DNA of 64,000 bases from a virus (IMGVR_UViG_3300021399_000010:15215-79214), one strand, 5' to 3'; shown: positions 1 to 9,318, numbered from the stretch's first letter. The notes: generated by a model not told the origin, from the letters alone. Numbers and translations: made by a program.

Positions 1-1
1 T

Positions 2-325
2 CTCTTTCTGTGCAGCACTGCCATTGTAGTAGTCGGTGAAGAACGAGACAAGCTGGTCTACTGATTTTTCATATCTACCAAGTGCTTTTGCTATCTCGTG
101 TTTGCGACCGTTGATAGATGATAGCATGTAGTCTATGTCACCGAATATCATGTATGCAGCCTTGTTTGTGGCATAGATAAGACTAAGCAGATGTGAAACC
201 CTTTCAAAGAATCCGAGTTTCTTTGCTTGTTCAATGTCAAGACCACGGATTCCAACACGCTTGATGCGGTTCTCAACATCCTTTGTTATCTCGACACCGC
301 CAGACAGTTCGATGTGTTCTTTCAT
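2..325 (-). CDS. Hypothetical protein, truncated by window start
   Basis: Read by hand: ATG at 325 overlaps the TGA of the upstream ORF (ATGA); MKEHIELSGGVEITKDVENRIK... stays open to position 2. Confidence 0.75.
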   Translation of the reverse strand, partial: MKEHIELSGGVEITKDVENRIKRVGIRGLDIEQAKKLGFFERVSHLLSLIYATNKAAYMIFGDIDYMLSSINGRKHEIAKALGRYEKSVDQLVSFFTDYYNGSAAQKE

Positions 326-573
326 TTTCTAAGGTTTTTAAATATACCACCACGAGAGAAGAAATAATATGTGTCCACCCAATAATATTGAACACCACCA
401 TATTTGAACGGAATTGCTTGTGGAAACAAGTCTTTATATTCCTCGTCTACAAGGACATGAAATTTATCCTTGTTGGTTGGAAGATTTCTCTCCAAGTCGC
501 TATGTGAATGTAGGTATTTTATCTTGTCGCTCATGTTTGAATTATAAGAAGTGGGGGACAAATCATCCCCCAC
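322..573 (-). CDS. Hypothetical protein
   Basis: 83-aa ORF tightly packed after recT on the same strand. Confidence 0.7.
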   Translation of the reverse strand: MGDDLSPTSYNSNMSDKIKYLHSHSDLERNLPTNKDKFHVLVDEEYKDLFPQAIPFKYGGVQYYWVDTYYFFSRGGIFKNLRK

Positions 574-588
574 TTTGGTTTTGTGTGA

Positions 589-1425
589 CTATTTCTTTTT
601 CTCTTCCTTCTCATCGACAATTTCAAAGTCGGCGAACTTGCTCGCCAACTCCTGCGCTTTCTCGATGTCGATAGCATTCTCCTCGTTGTCTATGTATCGT
701 TTGGAGTCGTTCTCTCCAAGTACAGCTTGGTCGCTCGCTATCGCATCTCGCATCTCGACTGAGAGGGGTGCATACTTCGACAAAAGTCTCTTGAGTACGG
801 TCTTCTCCATCATAGCACCACGCATGTCCTTGTCCGCCCACAATCCGTAACCACGTCTGTAGGTCTGGGAAAATCTCTTTGCATGAGCATCGAGCTCCTC
901 AACGGTCATGTACAACTGCTTCTCAAAACCATTCACAAGTTGCATGTATGCGACATAACCAACGATGGGTGCTTTCTCCCTATCCGTTGCAAGTTTCTTG
1001 AACTGCAACTCTCCGCTTACGAAATCCTCTCCGACTATCTCTCCCTCTCTCACATCACGCACATTCAGTTTCTTGAACTGAGCGGAACGCAGAGCAAGCT
1101 GTACATATCCTCTTGCTCCGAGTTGCCATGTTGCGACTGTCACATTGTTCTTGTTGTCACGGTACGGAAGAACATAGCACAAACCAAGTGCAGGGTCGAG
1201 CGACAAGTCAAGGGCTGAACTCTTCAGACATGAGAACATGATGGTTGACGGGTCACACTCACTAAGTGCTTTGTTGTTGCTCACGAGAGCAACCATATTG
1301 CCTACAAACGTTTGTTTCTTCTCGCCGAGGACACTTGCAAGGTAATCCTGTGTTCTTGTGTTCTCAAGCATTGCATTGAATCTCTGGAGACCAGTCTGAG
1401 GTCTTTTTGCTACTTCATTTGCCAT
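589..1425 (-). CDS. recT: RecT-family single-strand annealing recombinase
   Basis: RecT-like motifs LSLDPALGLCYVLPY, QLGARGYVQLALRS, MMEKTVLKRLLSKYAPLS; next to an exonuclease. Confidence 0.9.
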   Translation of the reverse strand: MANEVAKRPQTGLQRFNAMLENTRTQDYLASVLGEKKQTFVGNMVALVSNNKALSECDPSTIMFSCLKSSALDLSLDPALGLCYVLPYRDNKNNVTVATWQLGARGYVQLALRSAQFKKLNVRDVREGEIVGEDFVSGELQFKKLATDREKAPIVGYVAYMQLVNGFEKQLYMTVEELDAHAKRFSQTYRRGYGLWADKDMRGAMMEKTVLKRLLSKYAPLSVEMRDAIASDQAVLGENDSKRYIDNEENAIDIEKAQELASKFADFEIVDEKEEKKK

Positions 1426-1427
1426 AA

Positions 1428-2417
1428 TTACTTTTCTTTTTTAACTTTAATTGAAACGTATCCTTTTTTAATCGTTGTTTTGGTATACTCCGCAACAATT
1501 TTCTTTGTCTTGTATGGGTGTTGTTTCATCATGTCTGCGATGTACCTTTTGTGGTCAAAGGTTTTGGTTTCCGAATCATCAACCCTTGTTATCGACCACA
1601 TGTCGTTCTTCACAGACTTGATGTCTTTGTCTTTCATGAACTTGTATAGTTGTTCCTTGAATGCAGCAACCTTGAGTTCACGTTCCTTTATCTCAGATAA
1701 GATGGTGGTTATTTTATTAAACTCATCCTTGACATTTGCAGGAAGGTATTCCGCATCAACTTCATCACCATCATAATACTCCGTGTAATCCTCAAGGAAT
1801 GTGTCAATAATATCCATTGCACTACCGATGTCGAATAGGGTGGAAAGAGTAATCCTGTGCATTGACATCCTGTCTCCGTCAAACTCCCATTGTTCCTCAT
1901 TTGAAATATCAACACCGTTTGTGTCGTAGTGTACGAGGTATACATAAACCTTCCAGTCCTTTCCGTATTTCCTTGCAAGTTCATGTGCGAGTGACCACTC
2001 TATGAACATCTGTGCTCTATATGTAGACTTGGTTGCTGTCACATCAAACTTTGTGGTCTTAACCTCATATACATAAATCGCCTTTCCATCATTGTCGATG
2101 CGAACAATGTCTGGATGACAAATCAGCTTGACATTCTTCCGTGTGTACTTCTCACTTTCCCATAGTGGGTTTGATACATACTTGACTGATGCACCACGAC
2201 AAATTGTGTCATATATCTCTTGCTCGATGAAATCCCCGAATCGCATCTCTTGCGTAGACACGTTATCTTGTGGGATAAGTCCCTTGCATACCGCAAGACG
2301 TTTATACGCCGACTTTGGTATGTATTTTAGACTTGCTACTTGTTGAAGCAGCTTTCCATCGCTACCACCGAGACAACCAATCCTTGTTGACTCTATCTCT
2401 CTTTTATACTCTTCCAT
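1428..2417 (-). CDS. YqaJ/lambda-exonuclease-like nuclease (RecT partner)
   Basis: RIGCLGGSD near the N-terminus and a PD-(D/E)xK signature HPDIV...YEVKT. Confidence 0.75.
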   Translation of the reverse strand: MEEYKREIESTRIGCLGGSDGKLLQQVASLKYIPKSAYKRLAVCKGLIPQDNVSTQEMRFGDFIEQEIYDTICRGASVKYVSNPLWESEKYTRKNVKLICHPDIVRIDNDGKAIYVYEVKTTKFDVTATKSTYRAQMFIEWSLAHELARKYGKDWKVYVYLVHYDTNGVDISNEEQWEFDGDRMSMHRITLSTLFDIGSAMDIIDTFLEDYTEYYDGDEVDAEYLPANVKDEFNKITTILSEIKERELKVAAFKEQLYKFMKDKDIKSVKNDMWSITRVDDSETKTFDHKRYIADMMKQHPYKTKKIVAEYTKTTIKKGYVSIKVKKEK

Positions 2418-2623
2418 TATACTCTATCCAATATGTCGTTAATCTCACAATTTCTCTGCATCATATCCTTCAATAGCGACTTTGTTTCACTATCAACAAT
2501 GTCACGTATCTTCACAAGTGCGTTGAGTGGAATTGCACCCAGTTCCTTGTCTCTACTGTCGATTATCGCATTACCGACAACCCATGCAAGTTCCCTTGCG
2601 ATTTTTCTAATTTTTTCTTCCAT
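2417..2623 (-). CDS. Hypothetical protein
   Basis: 68-aa ORF abutting both neighbours. Confidence 0.7.
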   Translation of the reverse strand: MEEKIRKIARELAWVVGNAIIDSRDKELGAIPLNALVKIRDIVDSETKSLLKDMMQRNCEINDILDRV

Positions 2624-2625
2624 AG

Positions 2626-2955
2626 TTATGCTTTTGTTTTTACAACATATATCTCGTTCGCATTCACGCTATTGGTTGCGAGGTATTTCCCCTTTATAAC
2701 GTTCTGGAATGAGTTTATGAAACCGAATACTATAATGGTGTTCCCTTGCGTAAGTTTTACACGTTTAAGGTATTCCACAACCTTCGGTCTGAAACACAAT
2801 ATGTTTATTGACTGACGAGTGTATGCGCTACTGATTGCATCACCTTTTGTTTCAAGTTCGATTGTGAACCACAAGTAACGTGAGCCGTTTTGCGCAACAC
2901 CTTCCTTGTAGTATGCACCCATTTTCCCTACCAGAACACATTCGTTTCTATCCAT
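2626..2955 (-). CDS. SSB-like OB-fold protein without acidic tail
   Basis: MDRNECVLVGKMG start, FTIELET strand and GNTIIVFGFI strand match the SSB pattern; sits in the recombination operon. Confidence 0.6.
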   Translation of the reverse strand: MDRNECVLVGKMGAYYKEGVAQNGSRYLWFTIELETKGDAISSAYTRQSINILCFRPKVVEYLKRVKLTQGNTIIVFGFINSFQNVIKGKYLATNSVNANEIYVVKTKA

Positions 2956-2958
2956 ACG

Positions 2959-3174
2959 TTATAACAGGTTTTTTATTTTCTCTCTAAGCGCATTTATTTC
3001 ACGTTCAAGCGCAGATAATCGGTTTGATGCACTACACCATGCCCGATAGTATTTATCGCGCTCAAAACGCAAGATTTTGTTCTCACGTTCAATGGTCTCC
3101 ATTCGGTATTGTTCCTTTGTGCAGAACTTGCCGTTTTTTAACCTTAGTTGTTCTTGTTTGAATAACTGTTCCAT
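2959..3174 (-). CDS. Hypothetical coiled-coil protein
   Basis: 71-aa ORF in the operon. Confidence 0.7.
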   Translation of the reverse strand: MEQLFKQEQLRLKNGKFCTKEQYRMETIERENKILRFERDKYYRAWCSASNRLSALEREINALREKIKNLL

Positions 3175-3232
3175 TGTTTTGCAAATTTACAATTTTACTA
3201 CAACATCGACAATGATTTTAACATATTTAACT

Positions 3233-3415
3233 CTAATCATCATCATCATCGAGCACACCATCACGAAGGAATCGTATACACTCTGGTATTGCGAGTCCGC
3301 ACATGAATCCAAGAATCGCACTGTTGCATGATAAAGCAAGCAGTCCAAACAAGAGTATTTGGACTGCCATTATCGTTGCCATAAGAATGAGGCTGAAATT
3401 TTTCATTACTCGCAT
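3233..3415 (-). CDS. Small membrane protein
   Basis: Two hydrophobic stretches and a DDDDD tail. Confidence 0.55.
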   Translation of the reverse strand: MRVMKNFSLILMATIMAVQILLFGLLALSCNSAILGFMCGLAIPECIRFLRDGVLDDDDD

Positions 3416-3984
3416 ATAATCAATTCTTTTGCATAAGGTAAACTCTCAATCCAAGAACAGAATGCGCCCCAGTCTTCCTTTAGCTTGTGGTGTTTCCTTT
3501 GCCTGTAGATGGTTGCAAGCTGTTCGTAGTTTGTGGAGCACCGCATGAAGAGTTCTATCCCCTGCGGACAATTACTCAAGACTCGCATGAAATTCTCATA
3601 AGACGGATTCTGCGAATACTCGTCAATCATCCGTTGCGTCAAACGTCTCGCGTCATCACACACATACTTGTTGAAACATGTGTTCATGTCCATCATTATC
3701 AGACGATGGATTTTTGAATTTGAGCACACTATGTCAAGAAAACCATAACGCTGCAACTCTGGTGAAATGTAGTTCGGGTACACAATATCGAATGACACCC
3801 TTATCCCTTTTCGGAAATTAGAATGTCCACTGCCACCACCAATATTTGCGAGTTTTATTGCTCGTTTCAGAGATTCTTGAAATTCCTTTTCTGTGTAGTC
3901 TGGAATCTCAAGACGTATTGCATTCCTACACGCAATAACACTCTCCTTCAAGTCGTATACTTTCCAATTTTCAATCCTTAACAT
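3406..3984 (-). CDS. ThyX-like (FAD-dependent thymidylate synthase fold) protein
   Basis: GHSNFRKGIRVSFDI, ELQRY, NYEQLATIYRQRKHHKLKEDWGAFC resemble ThyX blocks; the canonical RHRxxS motif is absent. Confidence 0.55.
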   Translation of the reverse strand: MLRIENWKVYDLKESVIACRNAIRLEIPDYTEKEFQESLKRAIKLANIGGGSGHSNFRKGIRVSFDIVYPNYISPELQRYGFLDIVCSNSKIHRLIMMDMNTCFNKYVCDDARRLTQRMIDEYSQNPSYENFMRVLSNCPQGIELFMRCSTNYEQLATIYRQRKHHKLKEDWGAFCSWIESLPYAKELIICE

Positions 3985-4453
3985 GTTTGTTTGTTTTATG
4001 TGTTTGTTGTTTTTCTATTCTTGCCAACGGCTCTTTGCCGAACTGCATCGCATCGTCGGCATCGACGGTGATGTGTGACTTCTTGTCTTCGGGTCGGTCG
4101 AGCCACAACTGGTGTCTGAGCACTTGATGTAGGTCATAGAGTATATCGGCGGTGTCGTCGTAGTGGATGCCGTGCATGGCATTCCGCTCAAGTCCCCAGT
4201 ATCGGCGCTTGATTTCCCAACTCATGACCTCTGCATCGTCACGCATGTTCTGCCATCCTCCTTCCCATTCCTTGTCCATGCCGTGGCCGCCGACAGCCTC
4301 CTTGCAACGTTTCTCCCATGCAGCCTCAAATAGGTCTTGGAATGTCCAGTCCTGTCCGCAGATGAGACGGGAGAAGCGGTCGCATGCGTGGGAGAGGATT
4401 TCCACCTGCCGCTTGGTGAGGTGGAGTGTGTAGATGTGTTCTTTCTTGTTCAT
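3971..4453 (-). CDS. Hypothetical protein
   Basis: 160-aa ORF overlapping its neighbours. Confidence 0.75.
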   Translation of the reverse strand: MNKKEHIYTLHLTKRQVEILSHACDRFSRLICGQDWTFQDLFEAAWEKRCKEAVGGHGMDKEWEGGWQNMRDDAEVMSWEIKRRYWGLERNAMHGIHYDDTADILYDLHQVLRHQLWLDRPEDKKSHITVDADDAMQFGKEPLARIEKQQTHKTNKHVKD

Positions 4454-4959
4454 TACAATAACCCTTTCTCTTTAAGTATCTCAAGTATCTCAGTCAACAA
4501 ATCAATAGGACTATGAGCCGTTATCCCAAAGATGGCATTGCCACGACCCTCTTCTCCATTGCCATTATAGCAGGCATAGTAGGCTATGTAGATGGAGGTC
4601 TTTTTCATCACAAAGTGATAGTCGACACCATCCACGGTAATGCAAGATGGCATCTTGTTAAGGAGGTCTAAGAAAGTGTCTTCATTTTTGCTAATTTTTG
4701 CAGAACTTGCAAGGTTTTGTTCGCCTTGCTTTTCAAGCCAAGCAATCATTTTAGGTTTAAAAGTATTTGAGTTGTCCACATAATTATTAATTATCGCAAT
4801 AATACTTTTCCTTATCCTCTCATCCTCGGACTCTTTGAGTTCTGGGAAGAATCTATAAATTTGTCTTACAGCATCACAGTCTTTTGAACCACAAGATTGC
4901 AGTTCTTTTTGTGCTTTTTCAAGAGCCTTTTTGTATTTTTGTTCGTAGTCCATAATCAA
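4453..4959 (-). CDS. Hypothetical protein
   Basis: 168-aa ORF; YEQKYKKALEKA...FPELKESEDERIRK N-terminus of a kind recalled from Prevotella-type phages. Confidence 0.75.
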   Translation of the reverse strand: MIMDYEQKYKKALEKAQKELQSCGSKDCDAVRQIYRFFPELKESEDERIRKSIIAIINNYVDNSNTFKPKMIAWLEKQGEQNLASSAKISKNEDTFLDLLNKMPSCITVDGVDYHFVMKKTSIYIAYYACYNGNGEEGRGNAIFGITAHSPIDLLTEILEILKEKGLL

Positions 4960-5144
4960 TTTTCTTTAATTAGTTCACCTTCGTTCCAAGCAAATGAAAC
5001 TTCGCAGCAACCATCACCACAGTCAAAACCTTTATCCTTGACTGTGTAGCCATTCTCATCTTTTTCGGTGACTACACCAATTCCGCCAAATGCGTGAATT
5101 ATCTTGTCACCTACTTTAAGGTTATCAAATTCTTCTCTTGTCAT
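4956..5144 (-). CDS. Hypothetical protein (possible SH3-like fold)
   Basis: LKVGDKIIH...GVVTE pattern; ATGA overlap. Confidence 0.65.
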   Translation of the reverse strand: MTREEFDNLKVGDKIIHAFGGIGVVTEKDENGYTVKDKGFDCGDGCCEVSFAWNEGELIKEN

Positions 5145-5146
5145 AG

Positions 5147-5356
5147 TTATTGATTTATAATTGTTATTTTTGGTTTTTCTTTATTCCTTTTAATTGCCAT
5201 TTCAGCTTCACCAAGAGTTGAGTAAATGCCTGTTGTCATAGCATCTGTATTCTCAAAATTCCACCAAAATAATCCAAATATTTTCTTTTGGACTTCGTAT
5301 TCTATTTGTCCATTAGGATATTCTCTTTTTAATATTCTATATTTTGCCATAATCAC
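5147..5356 (-). CDS. Hypothetical protein
   Basis: 69-aa ORF in a tightly packed operon. Confidence 0.7.
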   Translation of the reverse strand: MIMAKYRILKREYPNGQIEYEVQKKIFGLFWWNFENTDAMTTGIYSTLGEAEMAIKRNKEKPKITIINQ

Positions 5357-5748
5357 AACAATTTAAGTTCGTTTAATTTAATAATCATTTCGTAGCAAGC
5401 ATCAACTAAACTTTCATGCCGTTCAGTAGATAGATGTATTTCCCTCTCTGCACGTTTCATATACAGTTCCACATAATAACATATTTTATGTTCATCAGCC
5501 TGTCTATGTGTCTCAACTTCTAAAGGTAAAACATCAATTAACGCAGCAAGACTCCAACAAGGAATACCTATACCACTATAAAATTTGAATGGCACATCAC
5601 TATGTTTATATTGCATTTCTTCTGGCACATCTAAATTTGCTCCAGAAATTGCAACACGTTCATAAGTTTGGTCTGCCGTGTTATGAGAAAGTATCTCTGC
5701 CAATATCTTGCTTTGTTTTAAGTCTGTATATGCTTTTATACTACTCAT
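5353..5748 (-). CDS. Hypothetical protein
   Basis: Probable start MSSIKAY at 5748; WSLAALIDVLP motif. Confidence 0.7.
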   Translation of the reverse strand: MSSIKAYTDLKQSKILAEILSHNTADQTYERVAISGANLDVPEEMQYKHSDVPFKFYSGIGIPCWSLAALIDVLPLEVETHRQADEHKICYYVELYMKRAEREIHLSTERHESLVDACYEMIIKLNELKLL

Positions 5749-6022
5749 AATAACTATCTTCAATAATAACTTTAGGTTCAGTCAAATCGGTTGATAAGTG
5801 TTCTACTTCAAACCAATCTCCAAGTGGATATACGTTTGACATGCAATGGTTTATATTCCCATCAGGTTCGCACCATATACCGTCATCGTCTGCCCAATCA
5901 AACATAGAACCCACTTTTTCATCCATTGCAGCAGTCAAAAAAGCTTCTTCCACATTATTAGCAGCAACCAATATAAGGCCACCACCATAGGACATATCAC
6001 ATTTGCATCCAAATACTTTCAT
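5741..6022 (-). CDS. Hypothetical protein
   Basis: 93-aa ORF in the operon. Confidence 0.7.
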   Translation of the reverse strand: MKVFGCKCDMSYGGGLILVAANNVEEAFLTAAMDEKVGSMFDWADDDGIWCEPDGNINHCMSNVYPLGDWFEVEHLSTDLTEPKVIIEDSYYE

Positions 6023-6043
6023 AACTATTTCTTTTTAAGTTTT

Positions 6044-6238
6044 TCAAATTTCTTCTGTCCATTCGTATGGGTCAAGCTGGATAGGCTCTACTTTATCTAT
6101 ATTACACCAATGAGAGCCATTCTTTGAATCACCATACACGATTCCATCCTTGAAGCCAGTCACGCGCACAACTATCTTGCTTCCGTCGAAACAGTTGAAA
6201 TACACAAAGGCTCCAGTCATCAATTCGTTTTCTTTCAT
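6044..6238 (-). CDS. Hypothetical protein
   Basis: Probable start MKENELM at 6238. Confidence 0.65.
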   Translation of the reverse strand: MKENELMTGAFVYFNCFDGSKIVVRVTGFKDGIVYGDSKNGSHWCNIDKVEPIQLDPYEWTEEI

Positions 6239-6240
6239 TG

Positions 6241-6465
6241 TTATTCTTCTTTGTTTTGTCCACAAGTAACTTCTCCGAATTTCCCATATATAGGGTCAAT
6301 AGGTTGTGGAGGCGTTTGCGTAAATGGGATATATGTCAATTGCGGTTCATTAACCACAAAATCCATTAAAAGGAAATAATCCTCCTCGTTGAACACATCA
6401 TCCCCACATCTTTCGTTGAGGTTATTTAAAATTCTTATTGCTTGTTTTTGTTTGTCTGTCATCAT
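6241..6465 (-). CDS. Hypothetical protein
   Basis: 74-aa ORF preceded by AGAAAGGAG. Confidence 0.65.
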   Translation of the reverse strand: MMTDKQKQAIRILNNLNERCGDDVFNEEDYFLLMDFVVNEPQLTYIPFTQTPPQPIDPIYGKFGEVTCGQNKEE

Positions 6466-6483
6466 TAATCTCCTTTCTGTGCT

Positions 6484-7146
6484 TTAATGTTTACCATCGT
6501 CTCTTACAGGAGTTGTCAATGCTTTCTCTATTGACCACCCAAGAACATTAAGCCTTTCCCAAAGAGCACCATAATTTATATTCATAATTTCGCTCCACTC
6601 TGTCATTGTATGCAACTCACCGTTATACTCATATTTACGAACATTTGACTTGTTATTGGCTTGTGTCCTTATGTCTGCCCATCTACAGTTAGATGGTTCA
6701 TAATTTCCTCTATAATCTATTCTGTCTATTGTCAATTCATCAGAATACCCATTAGCCATAGCCCAATTATAAAAAGCCATAAAGTCATTTTTCCATTCAT
6801 CACATATCGTTATTCCTTTTTCACCATATTTTTTATAACCACTTGAACTTTTTGTATAGCATCTTTCTTTCATGCCATACCATATTCCAAGAAGTCTTGA
6901 TTCTCTTGCTTCTTTTGGGTATTTACTTGTTCCATTATTATTTCTATAAGTAAGAAACATTTTGTTTCTAAGACATCCGCAAGACTGTGTTCTTCCGTGA
7001 ATAACCCTATCCATAGAATACTCTTTTATTTTTCCGCAATCACATTTACACAAAATACGTCTTTTATTACCAACAGGAGACACTTCCTTGATTATAGTAA
7101 GTTTCCCGTATTTCTGTCCTTCAGTTACTTCATTTCTTTTCTTCAT
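6484..7146 (-). CDS. Free-standing HNH homing endonuclease-like protein
   Basis: YGKLTI, LCKCDCG, TQSCGC, IWYGMKERC, TIDRIDYRGNYEPSNCRWA; probable start MKKRNE at 7146. Confidence 0.85.
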   Translation of the reverse strand: MKKRNEVTEGQKYGKLTIIKEVSPVGNKRRILCKCDCGKIKEYSMDRVIHGRTQSCGCLRNKMFLTYRNNNGTSKYPKEARESRLLGIWYGMKERCYTKSSSGYKKYGEKGITICDEWKNDFMAFYNWAMANGYSDELTIDRIDYRGNYEPSNCRWADIRTQANNKSNVRKYEYNGELHTMTEWSEIMNINYGALWERLNVLGWSIEKALTTPVRDDGKH

Positions 7147-7444
7147 AGTTGTTGTCATTTTTTGATTGTTGCATACCAAGTTCAAAGAAATGTTTGGCAA
7201 CATTTGTCATATAGTTATATAGTGATTCTTCTTTGTGTTGTATAATGGGATTCCTCATTCTATAACGTCTGATTTCTCTGTCCAAGTCCACTTCTTTCAC
7301 TTCAAGGGTGTTGAGTGCTATTAACAAGTCGTCTTTGAAATCTTGAACACTTTCAACTACGTCTGATGGTAAGAATTTATAATCTTCATTATAAATCTTC
7401 TCTATCTCAGCCACTACAGTGGTTTTGTCTATTAGTTCTTTCAT
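7130..7444 (-). CDS. Hypothetical protein with 3' end probably altered by the HNH insertion
   Basis: 104-aa ORF ending AKHFFELGMQQSKNDNNYEEKK and overlapping the HNH start. Confidence 0.7.
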   Translation of the reverse strand: MKELIDKTTVVAEIEKIYNEDYKFLPSDVVESVQDFKDDLLIALNTLEVKEVDLDREIRRYRMRNPIIQHKEESLYNYMTNVAKHFFELGMQQSKNDNNYEEKK

Positions 7445-7626
7445 TGTTGCATTGCTTTTTTAAAGTCCTCAATAAACTTCTCAATATTCGCCACCTCAAG
7501 GTCGACGGCTTGCCGCTGGTAGAGCCATTCAACGGCCTTGTCAACAGCCTTAGCATATCCTGTGTTAAACCCATTAGTTTGTCCTTTGTAGTATTCTTCC
7601 AGTAATTCGTCTTCGTATGTTTTCAT
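7441..7626 (-). CDS. Hypothetical protein, paralog of 7626..7796
   Basis: KAVEWL...FIEDFKKAM. Confidence 0.7.
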   Translation of the reverse strand: MKTYEDELLEEYYKGQTNGFNTGYAKAVDKAVEWLYQRQAVDLEVANIEKFIEDFKKAMQQ

Positions 7627-7796
7627 TATTCCATTGCTTTTTTAAATTCTATAAGGAAATTGCTTGGGTCACTATTCTGCTGTCCCAAATAATCAAGCAA
7701 ATGTTCATCAAGCCATTCAATAGCCTTGGTGATGGTGTCGTACCTGCCTTTGCTGTACTCCATTCTGAGCAGGTCAAGCATTTCTTCGTGGTTCAT
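7626..7796 (-). CDS. Hypothetical 56-aa protein not in the ORF track
   Basis: Hand translation MNHEEMLDLLRMEYSKGRYDTITKAIEWLDEHLLDYLGQQNSDPSNFLIEFKKAME; fills the gap exactly. Confidence 0.7.
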   Translation of the reverse strand: MNHEEMLDLLRMEYSKGRYDTITKAIEWLDEHLLDYLGQQNSDPSNFLIEFKKAME

Positions 7797-7933
7797 TCCT
7801 CACCTCCTTCCGCTGGACAGGGTTGCCATGAGTTACACAAGCTTCCAAGGCTGCACTTGCAGCAGGGAATCTCAAGGCCGCAGTGTGGCCACTGTATCTG
7901 AGGGCATCCTATACCTAAACATTTCTTACTCAT
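7793..7933 (-). CDS. Small Cys-rich protein (46 aa)
   Basis: MSKKCLGIGC...CPAEGGEE with 8 Cys; AGGAGGTGA upstream. Confidence 0.6.
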   Translation of the reverse strand: MSKKCLGIGCPQIQWPHCGLEIPCCKCSLGSLCNSWQPCPAEGGEE

Positions 7934-8201
7934 GTTCACCTCCTTCCTTTGGTAGGCTAATGTCGCACCACCATTTAATGTTTGGGGTGTTCCACCCACC
8001 TTTGTCGTAGGTTTGTGGATAAAATGTTTCCACGTTCCCAGTCACAAGGCTTTTGCCAATGTATCCTTTCTTGCTTGGTCTATGTGCAAAACACACCGCT
8101 CCACTTTTGAGTAGCACGATGACTTCCTTGTCAATAGGAGGAAGGTCATCGCCTTGTGCATCGTGCCAGTGGTTAGCTTCAATTTGTTCTTCTTTTGTCA
8201 T
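7926..8201 (-). CDS. Hypothetical protein
   Basis: WHDAQGDDLPPIDKEVIVL N-terminus (DUF551-like). Confidence 0.65.
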   Translation of the reverse strand: MTKEEQIEANHWHDAQGDDLPPIDKEVIVLLKSGAVCFAHRPSKKGYIGKSLVTGNVETFYPQTYDKGGWNTPNIKWWCDISLPKEGGEHE

Positions 8202-8596
8202 AATAAATTCTCAAGTACATATTTAAGTGCAGCTTCAACTGCTTCTTCATAAGTTTTAAAATTGGTTTCATTTTCAGAATGATAATATTTTGGTTCAGAA
8301 TAATCATATTCAACTGTTTCTTTTAAATTAATTATTTGAAAAGACCATTCTAAATCAATATCATAACCTATATCACAATGTTTGTTATGCTTTTCTCTCA
8401 ACCACTTCATAACCATTTGATGAGTGGGTGCTGACATTAGCTCCCACACTTCATGTCTGCTATTCCAGTCTGCATATTGTCTGCAAACCTCTGTCTTTAG
8501 CTCTCCATGTTCATAGCATGTCCTGCATTCCCAGTTAAACCCCTTCTTCTTTAGGAGTTGAGCAATCTCATAACTAACGTATGCTTCTTTTATCAT
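8198..8596 (-). CDS. Hypothetical protein
   Basis: 132-aa ORF, ATGA overlaps. Confidence 0.75.
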   Translation of the reverse strand: MIKEAYVSYEIAQLLKKKGFNWECRTCYEHGELKTEVCRQYADWNSRHEVWELMSAPTHQMVMKWLREKHNKHCDIGYDIDLEWSFQIINLKETVEYDYSEPKYYHSENETNFKTYEEAVEAALKYVLENLL

Positions 8597-8790
8597 TGTT
8601 TTCCCTCCAGATAGTTTATCATTTTCTGAATATTGTCTCTCAAATACTTGTCCTCGCTGACGGAAAGTACGGTCTTTAGTTCGTCAATGACAGAGGCTTC
8701 TCCAGCCAAATAGGCATTCTCCATATAGTTCTGGATAAGTGTGCCTAAGGCTGCAACGTAGTCATTTGCTCGTTGTTTGATTGTTTTCAT
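8593..8790 (-). CDS. Hypothetical protein
   Basis: 65-aa ORF in the operon. Confidence 0.7.
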   Translation of the reverse strand: MKTIKQRANDYVAALGTLIQNYMENAYLAGEASVIDELKTVLSVSEDKYLRDNIQKMINYLEGKQ

Positions 8791-8812
8791 TTTTCTCGGT
8801 TAAAGTAAAATA

Positions 8813-9292
8813 TTACTTAACAAACTCATTAGTCTTTACGTTAAAACGCTCGTATTTTCTTGTTCCAAACCTATTTATTTCGTATGGACGTGTAAGTCTG
8901 AGCCAAATATATTCATTCGCCTTAACAGCGGCAAAGCGTTCCCTTGCAATCTTCACTGCTCTGTCCATTGAGTCTGCATCAATATAGAAGCGAATATAGG
9001 ATTCCTCTTTTCTAAGGCCCAAAGAACCAAATATAGAACATGTGTCGACAACCTTGTTTCTGTCATAACTTGTTGGACGCGCCTCACAGAGTTTTACGTC
9101 TTCAACACGAAACTCAACACACCAAAGTTGTGTTTTCTTTTCCACCTCTTCGTCAAGGTTGTATTCCTCAATGTTATAATCAGTTCCGTTTTGTTCCACA
9201 TAGTCAACGGCTTTTTCTTTTGTTGTGAACACAGCGTCTATTCCGTAGTCGGAATATTCTCCGCTTGTCACGATGTATATTTTCTTTTCCAT
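8813..9292 (-). CDS. Hypothetical protein
   Basis: 159-aa ORF; IYIVTSGEYSDYGIDAVFTTKEKA N-terminus. Confidence 0.75.
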   Translation of the reverse strand: MEKKIYIVTSGEYSDYGIDAVFTTKEKAVDYVEQNGTDYNIEEYNLDEEVEKKTQLWCVEFRVEDVKLCEARPTSYDRNKVVDTCSIFGSLGLRKEESYIRFYIDADSMDRAVKIARERFAAVKANEYIWLRLTRPYEINRFGTRKYERFNVKTNEFVK

Positions 9293-9318
9293 AATTCTGT
9301 TATTTGTTTAATGTTGTT

